From contig NC_045697.1 in NCBI RefSeq assembly GCF_009834535.1, positions 97,838,001 to 97,902,000 on the forward strand: a DNA stretch of 64,000 nt, written 5' to 3'. Under the pieces are notes generated by a model, which did not search any database, was not told the origin of the DNA, and worked only from the letters and a program-made list of their open reading frames with translations. This stretch comes from Camelus ferus (lineage: Eukaryota). The stretch's first letter is position 1. Each line of letters opens with the position of its first letter. Shown here piece after piece: positions 51,701 through 64,000 of the stretch. A program made the position numbers and the translations under genes.

Positions 51701-53193
51701 AGCACCAATTATACATGAAGCAGTATGACAGATTTTCAATTATAAAAATATTTAAGAAATATGATTCCTGTTTTCACAGAGCTCAGGGTCCTTATGGAAA
51801 GTCACCATGAAAGCAATACGGCTGAATAAAAACTTCTGTAATAACTGGTGGCAGGTTGTCAGTGCCACAGAAGAGATGACATTGTCTCACGAGGCACACA
51901 ATGGAAGGGTTATCTAGCAGGAGAAATAAAGACCTGTGAAAAGGTAGCATTGGAGGGGAGTCTTTTAAAAATGTGATTGAGAAATATAATGTGATTTCAA
52001 CATATGAGAACCAGGGAATCACTTCCAATTCCTTACCAAGGGTCCAATAATACAATTTGGGGTTTATGTTTCCATCCTATGCACTCTTAGCTGTTTCATG
52101 TTTCTATTTAGGCACTGTTCGCTGGTTGCCTGGAATCTTTGCCACCACATGTTCATTGTCTCTGTTCTTTTTTCATTTCTTTATGAAAAATGACTCAATA
52201 GATTTTTCTCATAGGTCTCTACCTCCCTCTAATTTTATCATCTTTAGGCCCTTCCTTGACCATTGGGAAGCTCTCTCAGTTCAGTGTAATGGTGCTCTCA
52301 AAAGGGCAGAGGCATCAGACCTGGGGCAAATCAAAATTGGTTTCCCTACTCCCCTATGAGGTATGGTTAAAATGAACATCAAGAAAATCTATGAGGGAAT
52401 GAAACAGAGGAGATCTCACAAAAGCAACTGAAACAAAGCAGAGTGTAAGCCCCGCGTCTTCAGCTTGTTGAGGGGATGCTGTCAAAGCAGAAAGAGTGGG
52501 GACCTGGCCCTGGGAGTCTCTTCCCCCTTTTCTCCCTTGTGCTTTCCCTGTGATACAAATCAGCCAAACCCCCGATACCCACTTCAGGCCTGGATTCCAG
52601 CCGCATCCCTGTGCTTGTAGAAGCCCTTCCAGCCAGAAGGAACAGCGGGGAACTAGCTCAGATGTCACAGCAGATAGGGCAGCACATGGAGCAGAAGCGG
52701 AGCTGCAGAACAGACCAGAACACACGGGTTTAGGGGAGGGCTTTCGGCAACAGGAAGCAGAAGAAATCAAGAAGAGTACACAAGACACAGTCTGGAGCAG
52801 AAATGCCTCAGCGTGTTAAGCATACACCCCCCCCCTTCCCTCTCCGCCCATTCCTTCTTCAGTAACTGTCTCCTGGGAATTGATGCTGCATCACTTCCAT
52901 TAGTTGTATTTTCATTTGCCCAAACGTACTTTTGCTCTCAACCTCTTGACATAAGAAACAGGGTGGTAGAAAGGCCACTATTTTCCTGAAAAGTGGATTC
53001 CATCTTCAGAAACTTATTGAAAAGCTAACAATAATTCATTCCTATCAACCACTTCCAGAAAGTCAGGGAAGCAACAGCCCATCACCCTGACGGAAAAAGA
53101 AACATGATTCCTCTGTGATTTTTAAATGTATGAAAAGAAAAATCTCTATTGCAGCATTGGCTGTAAACTACACAAAAGAAATAAATTGTTTTA

Positions 53194-53494
53194 CCAGAAA
53201 TAGATTCACAGACATAGAAAACAAATGATGGTTACCAAAGGGAACAGTGGTGGGGGGAGGGATAAATTAGGAATTTGGGGTTAGCAGATACACACTACTA
53301 TATAAAATAGATAAACAACAAGGGCTTACTGTAGAGCATGGGAAACTAAATTCAAGATCTTATAATGACCTATAATGGAAAAGAATCTGTAAAAGAATAG
53401 ATATATATGCATATGTATAACTGAATCACTTTGCTGTACACCTGAAACTAACACAACATTGTAAATCAACTATAGTTCAACTAAAAAAAAAAAA
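53194..53494 (+). mobile_element. Cetartiodactyl L1 3' UTR with poly(A) tail
   Basis: cacagacatagaaaacaaatgatggttaccaaaggg...gaatcactttgctgtacacctgaaactaacacaacattgtaaatcaactata followed by an A tail. Confidence 0.9.
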
Positions 53495-54411
53495 ACTCTC
53501 TAGACATCTAAAAAAAATCCTTCTGAAGATCAGATTAAGCTCCCAATTTTTGCTGTGAGAATTAATCAATGGCATCAGCAACCTGCTACTTCACGTGACA
53601 GAAACAGAGCAATTGTGAAAAATCAGCAAGTGCAACTAAATTGGGTTGTAATTCATTCAGGTAATCTTAGAAATCTCCTGAAAATGGAAGACAAAAGAGG
53701 TAGCAAAGGGTACAGAAGTCTAGGCGTTCTGATTTTCATTACTACTGCACCAGCAGAGTTTGATTTTAAGTTGTAAAATTTCAGGATAAAGTTTGGTTCA
53801 TAACATGTTCCCATTTTCAAGGACGTAAAGTTTTCTTATGCCAAAAACATAGTCTGCAATTACTGCAAGTCTTTTTCCCACTATTTTTGCTCTCCTTGAC
53901 AAAAATACTTTGCTTAACCCCTTTTCACACCCTTGATTTTTCTACCTGCTGGGATAAACTTGAGGGGGTGTATAAGCTCGCCAGCACAGTGAGCATTTCC
54001 AGTCATGAAAAAGCTGGCGAGAAACCAGCTGAAGGCAACACAAGAAAACAGGATGAACCAGTAGAATTATCTGAAACTTACATCAGTCCTCACTCAGGGG
54101 GTCAGTTCTGATTCTTTCTGTATCTCTTCATACTGTCTAGTACAGTATATGGCACAGAACAGGTTCTCAGAATTGCTGGGTGAAACTGGTTAAAGATGAA
54201 CATTCTTATGTTGTAAGAATACAGTAAATTATACTTTATCTCCCACCTCTTTCAACATGGTCTTCACAGAAGCAAGACACCATCCTGCCACTTGGGACCT
54301 AAGCCTTGAAAAGTGGATTTGCTAAGGTAGAGGTCAATAAGACCAGTTACAGGATCAAAGAGTTCTGAAGTACAAGACCAGCAGTTTAAATCAAAATGTC
54401 TCTTCCAGGAG

Positions 54412-54546
54412 GAATGATGTATAGCGGGAAGAGCACTGAGGTAGGAGCTGGCTGACGGAACTCTATCTTGACTATGTCATATTGCATGAATCGCTTTACA
54501 TTTCTAGGTCTCAACTTACTTATCTGTAAAATGGAACAAGTTGAAC
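54412..54546 (+). mobile_element. MIR SINE
   Basis: gaagagcactgaggtaggagc...tctaggtctcaacttacttatctgtaaaatgg. Confidence 0.7.
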
Positions 54547-54730
54547 CCCCAAAACTTCGCTGTATGTCTGGGTGACACTTTTTAAGTAGCCTGTTGCCTT
54601 TCATCTAGTAAACCAACGAATGTGAGAAACAGTCATCACAGAAGTCTTTCCAATCTACCTTGAATAACTAATAATCACAATAATTGAAATAAAAACGTGA
54701 TGAAAGGGGGCCTCTTATTTGAGTCCTCAC

Positions 54731-54785
54731 CCAGGAACTTGTCTTCTTCATCATTTTTTCCTCCTCTTTGTTACGCTGTTGGAAC
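54731..54785 (-). other. Candidate exon (55 nt)
   Basis: cacactctcccgcag|GTTCCAAC...TTCCTGG|gtgagg; purine-rich (GAAGAAGA-type ESE-like); only one open frame, (R)FQQRNKEEEKMMKKTSSW. Confidence 0.4.
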
Positions 54786-56926
54786 CTGCGGGAGAGTGTG
54801 TGCACGCATGTCTGGTCCCACTTTGACTGCCACGAGGGCTTAGTTTCTCGGGTTGCCCACAAGATTCAGTTTGTCTGCTTGTACCAGGACTTGCATGACT
54901 TTTAGTAACTGCTTCCCTAATTTTCCAATATCACACTTCCAGAACATCACTTCCTCAGCAAGCCCCCATGTTAGTCTATGGTCTAATTTCTTCCACAAAT
55001 TCTAATAAATTCTTTATCCCATGGTACTTAGAGGAGCTCTGTTCTCCTAACTGAAAGCTGATGGTACAATGGCATGACAGACACATCACGTTGACCAGCA
55101 TTTATAGCCTCTGATCTGTTTGCATGTTTGGTCTCTACCTTTAAATCTTTGTCCTCGGTTTACTTTGAACTTCCCCGACAATGCAATACATTGAATCACT
55201 GCCTACCTGCACACATGTTATTTACCAGGTGCAACAGAAGGTCTTGAAGACTGCTTCCTGCTAAAAGGAATTCCTTGTCTATTCTGTGAAGATGAGAATA
55301 GAATTAGGTATGAAAGAGAAATGTTTCCGGGCAGTTCTCTTTTTTAGCACCCCTTCTAAAACTGCTCCTGAAGAGAAGAAGGAGACAGAAAAATGGTTAT
55401 CAGGAGGAACTCCTGTCATTGTTCCTGAGATCTTCACACAGTTTTAACATCCATTCATCCTCTCCTAAGAAAAATTAGGGTGAAATGCAGACAATAATAG
55501 GAAATTAAAAATAGAAATGAAGGAAGTATTTAGTTCATGAAAGGCAGTATATAATTCGATGTAAAACATATTTAAGAATAAAGCTAAAACTCTCTTTTTA
55601 TTGACAAATAGACTTCAAACTGTTAAATGACACAGAAACATAATGACTAGTGTAAGCGAGGGGAGGTATGACTCCTCACTACTTTGAAAGGCACTCTGAC
55701 TTCTTTGTCCTATTGTATTTCTAGTCCATTTCTAAGTGCCAGTGCCCTATCAAATGCTCAAATGCAAATTCTTGAGTTCAAATAATTGTCAGCACTCTTC
55801 TGGACTCTTTTTTATTCCATCTTACATTTCTAAATCATGTTTATTTCATAACGTTAAACTCAAGCCTGATGAAATCCCTTGACAAAAGAATCGAACAAGT
55901 TGAAATTGATCTCTTAAGTGGATCAATAGAAACTTAACTGAAATGGATTGGGGATTTTATCAAACTTGATGTAGTAGAACACTAATAAGATCACTTCCAA
56001 TTCACACATATAGAACTAAATTTTCAGCACAAATTGATCTGATTACTAAGGATGAATGGTCACCTTTAATAACGGATTAAGCCGGTAAAGAATTCTCTTC
56101 TTATACAAAAATCCTATTTTTTTTTCTTTTAAACTACTACAGATTGCTTTCACTTTTCTTCCTCTTGCTGAATTTTATTCACTCCTTCCATGGTCAGTTT
56201 TGAGTTTAGGATTGTTTTAATTTTCATAATTTGACCTGAATTTTTAAAGTCAGAAATATCTTCTGATGTGTTCACAAAAGGGAATTTTATAACAGCCAGA
56301 AAAGCCATGATAATACAAATGTATTACTCCAGTAAACCATAACATCCTTAAAAGTTGTTTGTAAAATAATGCAAATAGTAGTTAGTAAAGCTGTCAGTAC
56401 AACAGAGGATTGTCCATTTGAAGTGTTAGTTTTGTCCATTTTGTGACTATTAATATGATAATTCAGATACATGCTTCTCAGAGATCTGTTACATGTTAGA
56501 ATTCATTAATATTATTCATAAAATTTATGCACGAAAATTTGATAATAAATCTTCCAGTTGGTTGGGGAAAAGACTTAATATAGTGATGAATAAAAGCCAA
56601 AGATTTTATTTCTTAAAAAAAAATACCCTAATCTACCTCAAATCCATTTGAAATATTAGAAGATCCATCCATCCTTACTGCCACCTCTTCATTTCAACAT
56701 TCAACGACTAGCCTCTGCAATGTGTCAAGTGTTGGCTACAGAATGCACCCAACAAGTTTCACTTTTCTTCAACCAAGAGGAAGAGTGTTGCTGTGAAATG
56801 CTCAGATCCTAGGAGATTTTATTGGACACTTTGCTAGTGAATGCATGTGGATGTACATTTTCCAGACCTTTTCTTCCTGGAATCATAGAATAATGCTCCA
56901 TGACCTAAATCCCATGAGAAAATCAG

Positions 56927-57050
56927 TCTCTCTATCACTGTCTCTTCCCTATCCCTCCCTCCCTCTTTCTCTCTCCTTCCTTCCCTCTGTCCCCTTCCTT
57001 CTGTCCCTCCCTTTCCTTCTGGTGTGCCTCTCTTTGAGTCTCTGCCTCTA
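56927..57050. repeat. CT-rich low-complexity tract
   Basis: ccctccctccctctttctctctccttccttccctctg... Confidence 0.8.
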
Positions 57051-57075
57051 TTGATTCCAGCTCCCCCTGTCTTAC

Positions 57076-57115
57076 CTTATGTAAATGGATCCAAAAGCAG
57101 AAAACTTGTCTACAC
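57076..57115 (-). other. Candidate exon (40 nt)
   Basis: gttaacattttcttag|GTGTAGAC...TACATAAG|gtaaga; strong acceptor and donor. Confidence 0.4.
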
Positions 57116-57669
57116 CTAAGAAAATGTTAACACTCAGCCAAGGCTTTGCATCTTGTTCCTGCACTCTCCTTTGCTTACTATTGGGTGTGCTCTGAATTAG
57201 AAATTCTTAAACAAATTTGTGCTTCAGTAAGGAAATAACAAGGTAAGATATTTGGTCTACTTTACTTCTAGGTTCTTAGAACCTAGATGGTTCAGATGGA
57301 GAAAATCCATCTAAAAAGTTCTCTATCTTTTGGGTTCAAGATAACTCACAGGAGTTTTATGTTGGAGTATAGATCTAAAGCCCTGGAAACTCCTGCAGTG
57401 TCCTTTTCTTTTCGGGTACTGTCTCTTTTCATCTTTGCCCAGAAGCAAACACACACTCACAAAGGCTTGTTTGTCCAGTGTAGATCTGGATGTGTACGTG
57501 GTCTTAAAACTAATACCACCATAAAGTCATGCTAACATCTTTCAACACTGGGAACTATAAGAAATAAGAAAATGAATAAGATATTATAAATACTCTCAAG
57601 TGACATGGAATTATCCCCAATTTTCCTGAAATCAGTCTGCCTTAGTTGTACTCTTTATTTTTTCTTATG

Positions 57670-57815
57670 TTGTTTTTGAAAATAACTTTATCATATTTTT
57701 TCTAAATGTAAAAGTAATGATGTGCTTATTGTTAAATAAATATCTGGAAAATACAGAAAACTACAAAAAAAATTAAAACACATATAATCCCACAACCCAG
57801 AGAAAATCACTATGT
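57670..57815 (-). mobile_element. L1ME4-like 3' end, probably continuing at about 59000-59210
   Basis: aaaagtaatgatgtgcttattg...ggaaaatacagaaaac...taatcccacaacccagagaaaatcact. Confidence 0.7.
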
Positions 57816-58454
57816 TTTAGAGAGAACCTACTGTGCTTACGTCAAAAAGTTCTGAGGCTAAAGTGTTAAATAGGAAATTTCTTTCTATTTCTAGACCACA
57901 GCCCACATAACGGCCACATGTTTTGCATTTTCAACACAAGGAAAGGACACTTTTTCAGGAAGAAGCAGATAGAAGAATATTTAAGATATTTAAGGGACAG
58001 AGAATAGTTACCTCAATTGTTACTAAGAGCTCACTGGTCCCATTCCCATTCCATTCACCCACCCTACCTGGTTATGTGGGAAGGAATTCAAAGGAGAGAG
58101 TGGGTACATATAAATGCCTTAACCATCCATGAGAAAGAGGATGCTTCAGCCTACTGACAGTACCAGGCCGCTCCGGCTCAGCACAGACGAAGCCCCTGCC
58201 CATTTTCAAGTGGATAACAATACCTCTTTGGCTTTGGGCAACCCATCTCCTAGAGGCACATTAACTGAAGTATTCCCACCTCTTCTTGAATAAGGAGTGA
58301 GGAAGTTCTGTGGGGAAACAGGATTTGAGCTCTTTTGGGAAGCTAAAACCATAGTAAAGGGTGTGACATGAGTATGGGCAATGAACGGCGAGCAATGGCA
58401 AAAGTTATTTAATGTGAGACAGTGGAGGAAATGAGAGATGAGGGCACGACTTAC

Positions 58455-58827
58455 TGTGAGATCAGATTTTATCACTTCCCTCCTCTCAGTGCGCCTCCTG
58501 GAGGCGCGCTCCCACAGCCCCACTTTACTGAGTGCGACTCGCTTTGGCCAAGTGAACGTGCACGGAGTGCTATGAGTTAATGAGATGCAGAGGCTTTAAG
58601 AGCCTCTGTGTAGTTTGCTATGCCTCTTTCCTCTCTGCAGTGACAGTATTCCAGAGAGAGATGGTTCCAGCACCCTAAGTTCTAAAGGAAATACAACAAG
58701 GAGCAGAATCAGAGCTGAGCAGTGGAGGATATCAGCATGAGAGAAATGCACATTTATGGTTATAAGTTAACAGGATTTGTGTGTTGTTTATTACCATCGT
58801 CCACAATAACCTGTTCTGATGGATATA
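58455..58827 (+). mobile_element. MLT1H/I-like MaLR LTR
   Basis: gactcgctttggccaagtgaacgtg...cagaggctttaagagcc...agcatgagagaaat...ttgtttattacc...ataacctgttctga. Confidence 0.7.
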
Positions 58828-59914
58828 TGCCACGTGCCAAAAATTTCACAGACAGATGAGGGAAGAACAGGTGACACCACCACAAGAATGGGTAAAGCAA
58901 AACCCAGCTGGAAAAACTGAGCTGCAACAGAGATTTGATTTTTTACCGAAGAGTGAAGGGTGAATTCCTGGAAGCTGCACTGACTTAGTGCTTTCACTAT
59001 GTATTTGTTTTTGATTCATACATTATTTTTACTCCACATCATACTGTGAGCATTTCTCATGCTTTAAACATTTTTGGAAAACAACATTCTTAATGCTTAT
59101 GTTCTATCTCATTTATTTACTTTTTGTGCCATTCACATTCATCTCCTATTTACCATTGCAATGATACTATAAAAGACATCATTATCTCTGTACTCAAGTT
59201 TTGAGTGTATTTTATAACCTTAGTTGACTGTGAATTTTACTTATTTAAAGTCTCCTTTTGTACTGTCTCTTGCATTAAATTGTAGCTCCTTATATGCACA
59301 AATTTTGTTTGTTATTTTCTCTTCATTTCCCTTGATGCTTATTCCAGTAAATTACACAGAGCTGATGCATATAATAATTATAACTAGCGAACTAACCAAA
59401 TAGTGCTATGAGCATACTTTTCTCTGACTCTCATAAAGATAATTGACAGGATGGTGGAATGTTTTCTTAACAATAGCTGCTGTGTGGGTGATGTAACTGC
59501 ATAAACATTTATAGGTACTTATAGGAAGGTTAATTCTCAGTTTTCTTCTACATTTGATATATATGTCCAGATGCTCATCAAAGTTCTTTAGAAGACAATT
59601 TAAGAAAAATGGCAAAAGCCAATATTTTCATATATCCAAATTCCTGTTTCCCTTCTCATTCAATAACTAAAAGCTATTAAACACAGTAAGATTTTACAAA
59701 GTCAAGATCATGACTGATTCAGTTGTAAAATAGAGAAGTCTATGAATGAAAGAAAAACTAAAATCTGTATAACTAATCATCCGTAGACGATACCCATTCA
59801 TGCAGACAATCTAGATAATTCCAAAAGGGGGTGAAGGAGGAGAACTGAGCTTCACTCCAATTACCATGTCTGCTATACAATTAGACCCTAAATTCACCAT
59901 ATGTAAGGTACGCA

Positions 59915-60095
59915 TGAGGCAGAGTAGGGCGAGAGTTGAGAATGACAGCCTAATCTCTGAGTTGAGCAACACAATAAATGGTGATACGATTCTCTAAGAG
60001 AGGGAAATCCAGGTTGAGGGGCTGAGTTGAAGGGGAAAAGACTCATGTAGTCATGAACATGTTGTTAAATGTGAGACCAGGGTGTTGGATGTGTA
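59915..60095 (-). mobile_element. L2 fragment
   Basis: gagttgagaatgacagcctaatctctgagttgagcaac...atggtgatacgattctctaagagagggaaatccagg. Confidence 0.5.
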
Positions 60096-61660
60096 CATAC
60101 GCATTTAAGCATTTGTCCATTTGCTTGTAATTCCTGACACTTATCAACCTGGTTGGTGCAGTATCTAATCCTGTTCATTAGCTAGTTACATCCTGTGATT
60201 TAAACTTACAAGAGAACAGAAAAGCAGTGGAGAAATAGGAAAATGTTTTACCAAGGTAGTAAAGTAGTGAAAAATAAATGCTTACACAATAATATGCTTT
60301 AACTCATTTGGAGTAAGTGCTGGCCATTAAATATAGTCAAAACAGTTATCATGCTGTGAATTACAGGGTCTTAAACATCGCTTTAACTGATATTTGACTT
60401 GTTACAGTGTAATGGTGGGTGGAGAGAGGAGTATCACAATAAATTATTGAAGATAAATTCGAAGCCTGTCAGCAGTGATTTCTTACATGTTACTTTCATT
60501 TAAACACTGAAAGAAATGACAAAGGCATAAATAGAAAGCCAACTTAATGAAGTCTTCTTTTTTTTTAATGCTGTTCAGTAATGCTGAATCTAAACCAGTT
60601 TCCAGATAAGATTATTTCAGCACTGAAGTCAGATCTCAGGACTGGTCTGCCAGGATCGAAACTGAGATGCACTGCTAGAATTGTCTTTATTAGAATGAGT
60701 CCAAAAGGTCAATATCTTCATGTCAGCTACTTTCTGCATTTTTTCAATGTGATGGTGTCGGCAAAATCTTTTCAATTTACAAGATTTATTCTGTAGCTAA
60801 ACATGTGCTGCAGATTAGTGAATACTGTATACCAGAGTTTTGAGTGTAGCAATAAATTTACATAAAGAAACACTTGAGACTTTCAAAGCTTAGGGCCTCC
60901 AGCACAAGCTAGTCTACTTTTAGCTTCTAAGAGTACTTCTGTCTGAACTGCCATTGATCTAAATTTACATTGTCATTACAAAATCAAAGCAAGTCAAAGA
61001 TTATGCTGTGTTGAATTCCCATACTCTAATAGTTGTCTATGAACAGAAGTTGCTTCAAGAAAGTCAGCTGATACTGGGTATTAATCCATTCTTTTGATCA
61101 TTTTATTGAGGATCTATTTAGTGTCAGACAGCATGGCATATACTAACATGATCAAAATATTAAGTCTATCTTCCCTGTCTCTCTTGGGACCTAGATATAT
61201 GGCTTGAACTGCAAATTTTAAAATACTAGGAAAGTCAAAAAATTTCTCACAATTGATATGATTCTAGAGCCCTACCTTATCTTGATGCCATCTCCTTCCA
61301 GATCCATCCACATCTGAAATTGAGTTCCCTTAAGAAGACACATATGCACACACACACATACGTACATACAATTTCTGCCCACTCTCAAGACTAGTACTGC
61401 TATTAAAAATGTAGTGTTCCCAAGTATAGGATTATATGGCAGAATGTCCAGCCTTCTCCCATCTCTCTAGTTCCCTGTGTATCTCCCCCATTAAAACTCT
61501 CCCTTTTTGTCCACTCTCCTTCATCTCGCAAGACCTAACCAAATTTTTTTCCTAGTTCCATACCTGACATCTCTGTCTTATTTCATTGAAATGTTCTGAC
61601 TCAAACTAAAGTCTCTCTCTGGTTTGTGACACTTTATTTCCCAATAAAATCTCTAATTTA

Positions 61661-61872
61661 CAGAGCAAGGTTGTTCAACAGAACTTTCTGCAGTGAAGGA
61701 AACACTCAATATTCATCTCGTCTACAGAGTAGCCACTAGTCATATGTGTCTGTGGAATGTTTTTAATGTAGCTAGTATACATAAAGACTTGAATTTGTAT
61801 TTAATTCTAATTAATTAAAGTTTTAACAGCCACAGGTGGCTAAGGTCTACCGCATAGAGCAGCACGACTCTA
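61661..61872. mobile_element. MER3 (hAT-Charlie)
   Basis: gttcaacagaactttctgcagtgaaggaaa...gtagccactagtcatatgtg...aacagccacaggtggcta. Confidence 0.8.
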
Positions 61873-62789
61873 GATAAAGTAATCTCTGCCAAACATTCAA
61901 GTACTTGCTTAATAATCAGGGCTATATAAGCAACCAAGTCATTAAGTATCTCTTTATAGACTTCATTTTCTTCATGTTAAATATTTTAAAGTCTTAATGA
62001 AAAGACACCAAGGACTGAACTATCAAACCAGACTCACTTGAATCAGAGTTTCACACTTTAGTAATAATTTTGAGTTTTAAATCAATCCATGGCACAGCCA
62101 AAGCAAAGAGAAGCCTTGGATCCCTAGGGCAGCTCCCCTGGTGCTTTGTTGCCACATCAGAATACCTGCCAGCCCTGATTAATTACTAATTAATGCATGA
62201 GATCAGTAATAATGTATGTGACTACACTACCTACACAAAAGAGACCTATTTAAATCACGAAATATCTTTATTTTATACCAAATAGGATTCATGACATTTC
62301 CTAGAAGGCCATGCCCACATATCCATAGATTTCATTGCCCCCAGACCCACAGACTTCCATAAGGAATTGTTGACAGACCCAGTGCATCTGCTCAAAGCAT
62401 TCCATAGATAAAAATAGACTCTCCCAACACTAAATACCACCAGTGTGTTTCCCAGGAGTTCTGTAATTGGAAGGTTTGTGAGAAGACTGACTGGGTCATC
62501 TTCGTTCTTTCTTGGAGGCATTTTTTAGGTAAAGGGAGAGAATGGACTGAAGACCTGATGCTTAACCATTTCCTTCCTACTCAAGAAATTGTGTGTCCAC
62601 TGACGCCGAGTTGAGTCCTAACTTCCATGCATCCACCAGTTAGGCAGCTAAGGTGAGAATGTATTACTGGCCAAGCATCATTCAAGATGTAGTTCCATAT
62701 CTGGTCCAAGTTCAACAATCCCAGAGGAGCACTGAAAATGAAATCATACTGTCACCTGCAGGTTACCTATCCTATGGAGATCTAGGTTT

Positions 62790-63120
62790 TTGATGTCCAA
62801 TAGAAGCCACTAGTCACGTGTTGAGTCCTCGAATGTGTCTTGCTCAAATTGAAATGTTCTGTAAGTATAAAATGTACACCAGATTTTGAAGACTTTAGTA
62901 TCAGAAAAGGAATGTAAATTATTTTGTTAATAATTTTTATATTAACTACATTCTTAAATGAAAGTATTTTAGATATATTTTATTAAACAAAATATATCAT
63001 TAAAATTAATTTCACTATTCATTTTTATGTTTTTAACATGACTACATGAACATTTAAAATTACCTCTGTGGCTTGCTTTTTGTGATTCCCATTACTTTTC
63101 TACTGGGCTGCACTGGTCTG
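62790..63120. mobile_element. MER33 (hAT-Charlie)
   Basis: tgtccaatagaagccactagtcacgtg...gtataaaatgtacaccagattttgaagact...ttaaaattaatttcac...atttaaaattac...gtggcttgc. Confidence 0.85.
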
Positions 63121-64000
63121 AAATATCCTATTTGAAATACCCTTTGCCTGTTAAAGTTCAAAGCCTCTTTGTGATCTCTTCAAATTCCCAGATATTACAT
63201 TTCCATGGTACTTATGTCAAATATCTCCTCTATACACACTGTCTCCGTTTTGCTCTATATTAGCTCAGCCAAAAACTCATAACCTTTATCAGTTATTAAT
63301 TTTAAGGGAAGGATTTATAAATGTAGGAACATTATTGGCAATTTATGGGCCAGAGTTGCATCTTAAGATCCCCTGCATTCTCTTTGCTTTCTTTTTCCCT
63401 TTATTCTTTGATCATTCTTCCTTTTCCTCTCCTTTCTTTTCGGTAACAAAATTTCTCTCCCTTTATCCTGCAAAGCAGTTTAGTAAGCATCACATTTTGT
63501 TTAAGCATGCTTTTGAGGTCTGTCTCTCTCTCCCTGAAAATAGGCAAAGTTTCTCCTTAGGATGAAATCTCAGGAATAATTTTTTCCTCATCTTTTTACA
63601 CCTGCAATACAAAGATGAAAGCCACTGGAGAGATTTTTAGTGTGTTCCCAATCTAGAGGGGGATATAGGGACACTAAAACAAAAATGAAAATGCAATATG
63701 AAAAGTGCCACGATCAAGCACCGCACAAGATGCTGTAAGAACACAGGGAACCAACACCACTCACTGTTGATTACACAGATTAATAAGAGTAATCAGTAGC
63801 TGCATTGGTTTGGCTACATTCATGCTATGCCCTCGCCAAGGGATCACGGGACATTCATCATTCACTCTACCTCAACTTCTCTACTATAGAGATTTGCAAA
63901 TTTTAAATACAATTTCATAACAAAGCCCCTCATTTAAATAAAACCTTATGGAGAAATGCAAACCTATGACTCAAATAAAAGCATAGTTACTCTGATCTTG

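Noticed and set aside
52354..52819. Longest ORFs (144 aa minus, 107 aa plus)
   Set aside because: Non-ATG starts, overlapping on both strands in a moderately GC-rich patch, no recognisable protein features or clear splice boundaries.
61276..61313. Minus-strand 38-nt candidate exon (ttcag|ATGTGG...ATAAG|gtaggg)
   Set aside because: Weak polypyrimidine tract, sits in L2-like sequence, and does not supply the phase needed for the downstream open frame.

Overview
Mammalian genomic DNA, very likely a camelid (camel, llama or alpaca), judged from two vic-1-type tRNA-derived SINEs and camelid-like L1 3' tails. The window reads as intronic or gene-desert sequence. I find no supportable protein-coding gene; the six-frame ORFs are short and fall in repeats or look like chance ORFs. 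Much of it is interspersed repeat: three ERV1-class solo LTRs, ERVL/MaLR LTRs (LTR41, LTR33-like, MLT1), L1 pieces of several ages, L2, MIR, and hAT elements (MER63A, MER3, MER33). Points worth checking: (i) a chain of well-formed minus-strand candidate exons, possibly a spliced lncRNA or small-ORF gene; (ii) a rearranged solo LTR with an inverted extra copy of its own 5' end, lying head-to-head with a sister LTR; (iii) a TSD-bounded L1 lacking all of ORF2 and carrying a young LTR with tandem PBX-MEIS/PREP-type motifs; (iv) several repeat-free, motif-dense blocks that resemble conserved enhancers. No novel biological system is demonstrated. Repeat family names come from recalled consensus sequences, not a database search, and boundaries of old repeats are approximate.
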